DNA from: Candidatus Bathyarchaeia archaeon
Lineage (GTDB): Archaea; Thermoproteota; Bathyarchaeia; Bathyarchaeales; Bathycorpusculaceae
DNA: 64,000 nt
Direction: 5' to 3'
Assembly: GCA_049521795.1 (NCBI GenBank)
Contig: JBEKOM010000001.1
Location: 576,001 to 640,000 of the forward strand
The notes under the pieces are model-generated. The model saw nothing but the letters and a program-made list of their open reading frames with translations. It was not told the origin of the DNA and searched no databases. Made by a program: the position numbers and the translations under genes. Positions 57,600 through 64,000 of this stretch are shown one piece after another (the first letter of the stretch is position 1; every line of letters begins with the position of its first letter).

Positions 57600-59636
57600 A
57601 TGGTGGAAGAACTGGAAGTTGGAGACCCGCAGGAGCGTTTCCAGAATTTCTTGAAGACTGAACAGTACCGGCAGAGGCTTTCGCAGATGGCTATGTCTGG
57701 AAAGACATCTTTGACGGTTGATTTTGAAGACCTCTTGGCTTTTGACCAGAAGCTGACTGAAGAGCTTCTTGAAAGGCCCGACGAGTACTTGAAGCATGCT
57801 AGCAACGCGGCCTATGCGCAACTGCAGATTGAAGACCCTGAGTACGCAGAAAAGATCGAGGGGTTAGTTGTCCGAATTGTGAAGCTCTTAGAAGCGGCGC
57901 CGCTGCGAAAGCTCGGCTCAAAGCAGATAGGCAAACTTGTCATGGTTGAGGGCATAGTTGTTCGCTCGTCGCCGGTGCGGCCGATGGTGATGCAGGCCGT
58001 TTTCAAGTGTAAGAGGTGCGGGACGACGAACCCGGTGAACCAAGTAGGCACCTTTCTCCGAGGGCCTTTTGCTTGCACCAGTCCAGACTGTGGGTCTAAG
58101 GGTCCTTTCGAGTTCGTTCAGGAGGAATCCACTTTCATAGACTCACAAGACCTGCGGATTCAGGAGAGGCCAGAAGACCTTCCGCCGGGGCAGTTGCCCC
58201 GAACGTTAGGCATCAAGCTTGTCGGAGAGGAGATCGTTGACATTGCTAGGCCCGGTGACGATGTCTCCTCTGTGGGTCAGGTTCGTGCTCAGGCATCGAC
58301 GCTTCCGGGGGTTGGGAAGCTTCGCACGTTCATTCTTCACTTGGAAGCTAACTCGATCGAGGTGTTGGGCAAGGAGCCTGAGACTGCTATGCCGTCGCCT
58401 GAGGAGGAGGAGAAGATCGTTGCGCTTGCGAAGGACCCTTGGGTGCATCGAAAAATAGTGAGTTCGATTGCTCCGTCGATTTATGGTTACGATCACATCA
58501 AGGAGGCGATTATGTACCTTCTCTTCGGCGGAGTGCCCAAGACTCTGCCGGACATCACGATACGAGGTGAGATGAACGCCTTGTTGGTTGGGGACCCTGG
58601 GACTGCCAAGTCTCAGCTGTTGATGTACGTTGCGCGGATCGCGCCGCGCGGATTGTACACTTCTGGCCGTGGCACGACCGCTGCGGGCTTGACTGCTGCG
58701 GTGATCAGGGAAAAGGGCGGCGGGATGAGTCTTGAAGCCGGGGCCTTGGTGCTGGCTGACAAGGGAATCGCCTGCATCGATGAGATGGACAAGATGCGCC
58801 CAGAGGACAGGGTGGCCATTCATGAGGCTATGGAGCAGCACACGGTTTCAGTGGCGAAGGGCGGCATCGTTGCTACGCTTAACGCGAGGGCGGCTATACT
58901 TGCAGCGGCGAACCCTGCGTTGGGGAGGTACGAGCCGCATCGCACGGTCGCTGAGAACATCTCACTGCCGGTTACGATACTTTCCAGGTTTGACCTGATC
59001 TTTGTTCTGAGAGACGTTCCGAACAAGGAGTCAGACAGCAAGATGTCGCTGCACATCCTTGAGCTTCATAGGAAGGGTTCAAGCCCGGTTGAGCCGCCGA
59101 TCTCTGCGGAGCTACTGCGGAAGTACATCAGTTATGCTAAGAGCGTCAAGCCTGTGTTGACTGATGAGGCTTTGAAGCGTCTGAACGATTTCTACTTGGC
59201 TATGCGAGCGGCAAGCGAGACTGAGGGCTCGCCCGTTGCGATCACCGCGCGTCAGTTGGAGTCGCTTGTTCGCACGGCCGAGGCAAGAGCCCGCGCGGCT
59301 CTAAGAAAGGAGGTGCTGGCTGAGGACGCTGAGGCTGCGGTTGCGATAATGAAGAAGTCGCTGGAGGAAGTTGGGATAGACTTGTCTTCCTACAAAATAG
59401 ACATAGACATCATAATGACAGGAAAGTCCAAGAGCATGAGGGACAGGCTGCAAGTGATCCTGACCACGCTGATGGACATGGAAAAGCAAACGGGAATGGT
59501 TGAAAGGGCCGCGTTAGAAACTGAGCTTGAAGAGAAGTACAAGGTTTCGAGGAATGACGCGGAGCGCCTTCTCGGACAATTGCTACGGGAGGGCACGATC
59601 TACGAGCCCAGGGAAGGCTACCTGAAGAAGACATAA
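57600..59636 (+). CDS. mcm: MCM replicative helicase (no intein)
   Basis: Zinc finger, GDPGTAKSQ, IDEMDKM, SRFD, TARQLE. Confidence 0.97.
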   Translation: MVEELEVGDPQERFQNFLKTEQYRQRLSQMAMSGKTSLTVDFEDLLAFDQKLTEELLERPDEYLKHASNAAYAQLQIEDPEYAEKIEGLVVRIVKLLEAAPLRKLGSKQIGKLVMVEGIVVRSSPVRPMVMQAVFKCKRCGTTNPVNQVGTFLRGPFACTSPDCGSKGPFEFVQEESTFIDSQDLRIQERPEDLPPGQLPRTLGIKLVGEEIVDIARPGDDVSSVGQVRAQASTLPGVGKLRTFILHLEANSIEVLGKEPETAMPSPEEEEKIVALAKDPWVHRKIVSSIAPSIYGYDHIKEAIMYLLFGGVPKTLPDITIRGEMNALLVGDPGTAKSQLLMYVARIAPRGLYTSGRGTTAAGLTAAVIREKGGGMSLEAGALVLADKGIACIDEMDKMRPEDRVAIHEAMEQHTVSVAKGGIVATLNARAAILAAANPALGRYEPHRTVAENISLPVTILSRFDLIFVLRDVPNKESDSKMSLHILELHRKGSSPVEPPISAELLRKYISYAKSVKPVLTDEALKRLNDFYLAMRAASETEGSPVAITARQLESLVRTAEARARAALRKEVLAEDAEAAVAIMKKSLEEVGIDLSSYKIDIDIIMTGKSKSMRDRLQVILTTLMDMEKQTGMVERAALETELEEKYKVSRNDAERLLGQLLREGTIYEPREGYLKKT

Positions 59637-59860
59637 AACACGTGAAACGGCTGACGCTACATCCCTTTATTCGCGTTTTTCCCCTTCTATTTTACCCCCC
59701 TCCCCCCTAGGGTACTGGTACTGCATATAGCCCTCGTTGAAGGACCTCGGGGCTAAGCGCGGGTTCCAGGCCGACCGTTTGCAAAGCGCTCGGCAGAGGG
59801 TCTGGGCAATAGTCGTAACTTTCAATGCGCTTGCCGGTAATCGCATGAACCCGCATACGC

Positions 59861-61246
59861 TTAGGCCATTTTCTTGGGGGCGAGCAGTCTGTCTAGGTCT
59901 CCCTTGATCTTCATGTTTGTGTCCTCTATGACTTGTTTTATGGTTTTGCCAGTCTTCGCCGCGATCAGTGCAATTTCTGAAGCTTTGTCGTAGCCTATTA
60001 TCGGAACCAGGTTTGTGGCGATCATCAGGTTGCTTTCAAGCTGGGATCTTATGTGCTTCTTGTTTGCTTTCAGCTCGTTCAGGCAGTTTTTCACGAAGGA
60101 ATGAATCCCGTTCGTGAGAAGTTCAATCTCCTCGATGAGGTTGATGATCATTAACGGTTTGGTCACGTTCAGGTCGAGTGTGCTGCCGAAGGCTTCGGCA
60201 AACGAGATGGTTGTGTCGTTTCCCACGACTTGCAGGCAAACCTGTATCAACGCTTCGGCCTGAGTGGGGTTGACCTTGCCGGGCATCATAGACGAGCCCG
60301 GTTCGTTTGCGGGAAGTGTGAGTTCTCCTAAGCCCGCACGTGGACCGCTTCCCATCCAGCGGATGTCGTTGGCCATCTTTAAGGTCGAAAGGGCTAGGAG
60401 GCGTAGTTCGCCGCTTGCTTTCACGATTGAGTTGTGAGATGCGATTCCTTCAGCCTTGACCGGGTTGAGTCTGAAAGGAAAACCTGTGATCTGTTTCAAG
60501 TGGGTGACCGTCAGCTTGCCAAAGCTTTTGTCAGCGTTCAATCCTGTGCCGACTGCCGTTCCCCCGATGGGGACGAAATAAAGCTCGTCGCAAGCGTTTT
60601 TCAGGCGTAGCTGGCTCAGTTCAACCTGTCTTTCATAAACCTCAAACTCTGTGGACAGGCGGATAGGTACTGCGTCTTGAAGGTGCGTCCTGCCGACTTT
60701 CACTACGCCTCTGAATTCCGCTATTTTTCGTCGAAGGCTCTTCCTTAAAGTCTCCAGGGCGGGAAGCAGCTTAGAGTTCATAAGCTCTAAGGCACACAGG
60801 TGCATGGCCGTTGGTATCACGTCATTCGAGGACTGACTCCTGTTCACGTGATCGTTCGGGTGGACGGGAAACTTGTTTCCCAACGGATGCCCCAGGATCT
60901 CATTGGCTCTGTTCGTTAAGACTTCGTTCATGTTCATGTTTATCTGAGTCCCGGAACCCGTTTGAAAAACGTCAAGCGGAAACTGATCCAACCACTTGTC
61001 TTCTTCTACGAGTTCATCAATCGCTTGAACTATGGCGTTCGCTCTGCCTTCGTCTATTTCGCCAAGTTGAACGTTTGTCTTCACGCACGCCTTCTTCACC
61101 TTGGCCAAAGACGTGATGAAAGACTTCGGGAACCTTCTGCCGCTTATCTGGAAGTTTTGAATCGCTCTCTGCGTGTTTATTCCCCAGTACGCGGCCTTTG
61201 GAACCGGCATTTCCCCGAGTACGTCTCGTTCTTTTCTCGTCTTCAT
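59861..61246 (-). CDS. fumC: Class II fumarate hydratase / aspartase family
   Basis: QTGSGT, HPNDHVN, GRTHLQDA, GSSMMPGKVNP. Confidence 0.85.
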   Translation of the reverse strand: MKTRKERDVLGEMPVPKAAYWGINTQRAIQNFQISGRRFPKSFITSLAKVKKACVKTNVQLGEIDEGRANAIVQAIDELVEEDKWLDQFPLDVFQTGSGTQINMNMNEVLTNRANEILGHPLGNKFPVHPNDHVNRSQSSNDVIPTAMHLCALELMNSKLLPALETLRKSLRRKIAEFRGVVKVGRTHLQDAVPIRLSTEFEVYERQVELSQLRLKNACDELYFVPIGGTAVGTGLNADKSFGKLTVTHLKQITGFPFRLNPVKAEGIASHNSIVKASGELRLLALSTLKMANDIRWMGSGPRAGLGELTLPANEPGSSMMPGKVNPTQAEALIQVCLQVVGNDTTISFAEAFGSTLDLNVTKPLMIINLIEEIELLTNGIHSFVKNCLNELKANKKHIRSQLESNLMIATNLVPIIGYDKASEIALIAAKTGKTIKQVIEDTNMKIKGDLDRLLAPKKMA

Positions 61247-61369
61247 AGGTATCACAGCTCTTTTGTCGAACCTTCTCGGATACAAATGTTTCTACGAGCC
61301 GTAAATGAGCGCGAACTTGAAAAACGCTCTATATAAGGCGCGGGCGTGCCATCTAAGCTTGGGGAAGTC

Positions 61370-61780
61370 ATGAGGGTACTGTTTGTGTGCTCTGGAAACG
61401 CTCACCGCAGTCCGTTAGCAGAAGCACTGCTGAAGAAGCTGAGACCCGACTTAGAAGTAGAGTCAGCCGGAATAAGCACTTCCATTCCGATCTCAGAAGA
61501 GGTGAAGGAATACTTGGCAAAAGAGAATGCGGGAAAATATCTTAAGAGAGTTCCCGAAAACTTGACGAGCAAGCGACTCAAAGATTACGATCTGATCGTA
61601 GCCATGGAGCAACGTCACAAGGACGCCGTTGTAGCCATGTGTGCAGAATGTGAACAGAGAATAGTTGTGTGGAGTGTTGAAGATCCATACTTCTTAGGTC
61701 ATAAAGATGCGGAGAGAATCTACAAACAGGTTGAAGATAGAGTTAGAGAACTAGCCAAATCATTGCCACCCGCACGTTAG
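61370..61780 (+). CDS. Low-molecular-weight phosphatase / ArsC family protein
   Basis: VLFVCSGNAHRS P-loop, EDPY. Confidence 0.85.
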   Translation: MRVLFVCSGNAHRSPLAEALLKKLRPDLEVESAGISTSIPISEEVKEYLAKENAGKYLKRVPENLTSKRLKDYDLIVAMEQRHKDAVVAMCAECEQRIVVWSVEDPYFLGHKDAERIYKQVEDRVRELAKSLPPAR

Positions 61781-61851
61781 CCAAAGTTACATATTCGCGT
61801 TGTTTGGTTTAGAGTCGCTTTTTTTCTGACTGAAAGTGGTCTAGATACCTG

Positions 61852-62277
61852 TCAAAGACGCATTTTACTCTGGTCTAAGAATTTTCTTATCTTGGCTGCA
61901 ACCCTGTCCAGTTCGTTCTGTTCAACGGTTTCACGGGGTCTGTGTGAATCCTGTCCCTCATATCTGGGAATGATGTGAACGTGAAAGTGAAATACGATTT
62001 GATGAGCAGCCTCTCCGTTGTTCTGGACTATGCTTATTCCATCAGCTTTTTCGCTGTTCGAAATGCCGTAAGCCACCTTCTTCACGATCTTGAAGAGATT
62101 TGCAACCTCTTCTTCTGGAACCTCGAAAATATCTTCATAATGCTTTCTCGGTACTACGAGCGTGTGACCTTCATTAACCGGTCTCGAATCCAAGAATGCT
62201 ACGACATCTTTGTCTTCGTAAACAAAACTCGCATGCTCTTCTTTTCTGCCTATCCTGCAGAATACACAGTCTTCCAA
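61852..62277 (-). CDS. HIT family hydrolase
   Basis: CVFC, GHTLVVP, HFHVHIIPR. Confidence 0.93.
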   Translation of the reverse strand: MEDCVFCRIGRKEEHASFVYEDKDVVAFLDSRPVNEGHTLVVPRKHYEDIFEVPEEEVANLFKIVKKVAYGISNSEKADGISIVQNNGEAAHQIVFHFHVHIIPRYEGQDSHRPRETVEQNELDRVAAKIRKFLDQSKMRL

Positions 62278-62408
62278 AGGGCAGCCGCTCCTTTCTACGT
62301 ATCAGAGCGCAAACTGCATTTTAGTTTTACTTGACTTCTTGCGTTTTCCATCTTCGCGCCTGCTGAGGTAAATCATAAAAGTTGAAGGGCGATCACAGTA
62401 GTGAGAAC

Positions 62409-63884
62409 ATGAAAGACGATAAGAATCATGGGCTTTACATAGACGGTGCGTGGGTCGATTCTGTTTCTCATGAAACATTTGCAAGCGACAACCCTTCTAG
62501 GCCGAAACAAGTTCTTGGAATCTTTCAGAAAGGGTGCAAAGAAGACGTTGACAAGGCTGTGGAGGCTGCAGAAAAAGCCTTTGAAAGATGGAGTGAAACA
62601 CCGGCGCCGAGAAGAGGGTCAATTCTTCTCAAGGCTGCCCAGTTGCTACGAGAGAACAAGGAGCAATTTGCAAAGGAAATGACTATGGAGATGGGAAAGG
62701 TCATCCTAGAATCCAGGGGAGACGTTCAGGAAGCGATAGACATTACGGAGTATATGGCCGGTGAGGGCAGGCGCCTGCTGGGCTTTACAACGCCGTCAGA
62801 ATTGAGGAAGAAGCTCTGCTTAACCGTGAGGATGCCGGTTGGCGTAAGTGGGTTGATAACCCCATGGAACTTTCCTATGGCTATTCCAGCGTGGAAGATC
62901 ATGACTGCGCTGATCTGCGGAAACACTGTGGTTTTTAAGCCTTCGTCTGACACGCCGCTCTGTGCAACGAGACTCGTAGAGATCTTGGAGAAGGCTGGGT
63001 TGCCTAGAGGCGTCTTGAACATGGTTACGGGCTCAGGTGATGATGTGGGAATGAGCCTTGTGAGGCATGAGAAAGTCGGAGCGATTTCATTCACGGGGCA
63101 CAAAGACACTGGCGCCTTGATTCTGAGAGAAGCGGGTCTAAAGAAGGTCGGTCTGGAATTGGGCGGAAAGAACGGCATCATAGTGATGGATGATGCTGAC
63201 TTGAGCCTTGCCTTGGAGGGAGTGATATGGGGCGGGTACGGCACAACGGGACAGAGGTGCACTGCAGCTTCTAGGGTAATAGTTCATGAGAGGGTCAGAA
63301 GCAAGTTTGAGGAGATGCTGATAAACAGAATAAGAAAACTGCGGCTGGGTGATGGACTACGAGCTGAAACAGACGTTGGTCCCTTGGTAAACAGGGCCGC
63401 GCAGGAAAAGAGTGCGAAGTACGCTGAAATCGGAAAAGACGAGGGCGCCAAACTGGTGATTGGCGGTGGAATTCCAAAGCTGGACGGCTTCTTCTTCGAG
63501 CCAACGTTGTTTACGGACAGCACGATTGACATGAGAATCGCACAGGAGGAAATATTCGGTCCGGTTGTCTCGCTCATCTCTGTGAAAGACTTTGACGAAG
63601 CAATAGACGTGATGAACTCGGTCGAGTATGGATTGAGTTCCGCGATCTACACCCGTGACATAAGCAGGGCATGCGAGGCCATCACGAAAATCAGGGCAGG
63701 GTTGACCTACATCAACTCGAGCACGATTGGATCAGAGGTTCACCTTCCCTTCGGAGGAGTCAAGCACACAGGCATCGGAACAAGGGAAGGCGGAATTCAA
63801 GGGATAGACGAGTTCTCTGAAACCAAAACGGTCTACATCGACTATTCTGGAAAATTGCAAAAGGCACAGATTGACCTAGAATGA
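62409..63884 (+). CDS. NAD(P)-dependent aldehyde dehydrogenase
   Basis: [32 protein letters not shown]. Confidence 0.95.
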   Translation: MKDDKNHGLYIDGAWVDSVSHETFASDNPSRPKQVLGIFQKGCKEDVDKAVEAAEKAFERWSETPAPRRGSILLKAAQLLRENKEQFAKEMTMEMGKVILESRGDVQEAIDITEYMAGEGRRLLGFTTPSELRKKLCLTVRMPVGVSGLITPWNFPMAIPAWKIMTALICGNTVVFKPSSDTPLCATRLVEILEKAGLPRGVLNMVTGSGDDVGMSLVRHEKVGAISFTGHKDTGALILREAGLKKVGLELGGKNGIIVMDDADLSLALEGVIWGGYGTTGQRCTAASRVIVHERVRSKFEEMLINRIRKLRLGDGLRAETDVGPLVNRAAQEKSAKYAEIGKDEGAKLVIGGGIPKLDGFFFEPTLFTDSTIDMRIAQEEIFGPVVSLISVKDFDEAIDVMNSVEYGLSSAIYTRDISRACEAITKIRAGLTYINSSTIGSEVHLPFGGVKHTGIGTREGGIQGIDEFSETKTVYIDYSGKLQKAQIDLE

Positions 63885-63901
63885 CATTTCCTAAATCAGG
63901 C

Positions 63902-64000
63902 TCATCCAGCCGCCCAGGCTTTACGGTCTCTTTCGGTTAGAATGCCGAATCCTAATAGATCCAGCACTCCCAAGTAATTAGCTTGGAAATCTTCAGTCAG
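63902..64000 (-). CDS. 3' end of a gene entering from beyond the window
   Basis: Only open minus-strand frame: LTEDFQANYLGVLDLLGFGILTERDRKAWAAG*. Confidence 0.4.
   Translation of the reverse strand: MTEDFQANYLGVLDLLGFGILTERDRKAWAAG

Noticed and set aside
59694-59712. C-run CCCCCCTCCCCCC after mcm as a G-quadruplex or repeat element
   Set aside because: Short, with only one loose second copy near 48775; no structure to support a call.
1-64000. CRISPR array, rRNA, and the many short antisense ORFs in the track
   Set aside because: No regularly spaced repeats or rRNA motifs seen; the short ORFs overlap well-supported genes and lack motifs.

Overview
Archaeal chromosomal window, probably Bathyarchaeia (inferred from Alba, RpoP, Gins23-MCM, RFC, Taw1/Trm5/Trm112 and dockerin/CARDB surface proteins). 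About 35-64 kb is housekeeping: sugar-nucleotide genes, tRNA modification, RFC, GINS-MCM, GDH, FumC. The left half holds three mobile units whose ends can be read directly. (1) A 3.85-kb IS6-like cargo transposon (8502-12352) with bipartite 49-bp inverted ends, a perfect 8-bp target duplication CGCAGCTG, a central SWIM/zinc-ribbon DDE transposase, an RHH gene, cargo on both sides, a hairpin sRNA candidate and an ORF that reads out through the right end. (2) An 11.5-kb tyrosine-integrase element in tRNA-Leu(GAG), with a 15-bp att repeat (23441-23455 / 34905-34919) and the same 12-bp palindrome TTTACCGGTAAA just inside both ends. (3) Nested in that element, a 719-bp transposase-less IS6-type cassette (28087-28805) carrying one SnoaL-like gene. 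Product names come from motif recognition only; no database search was run.
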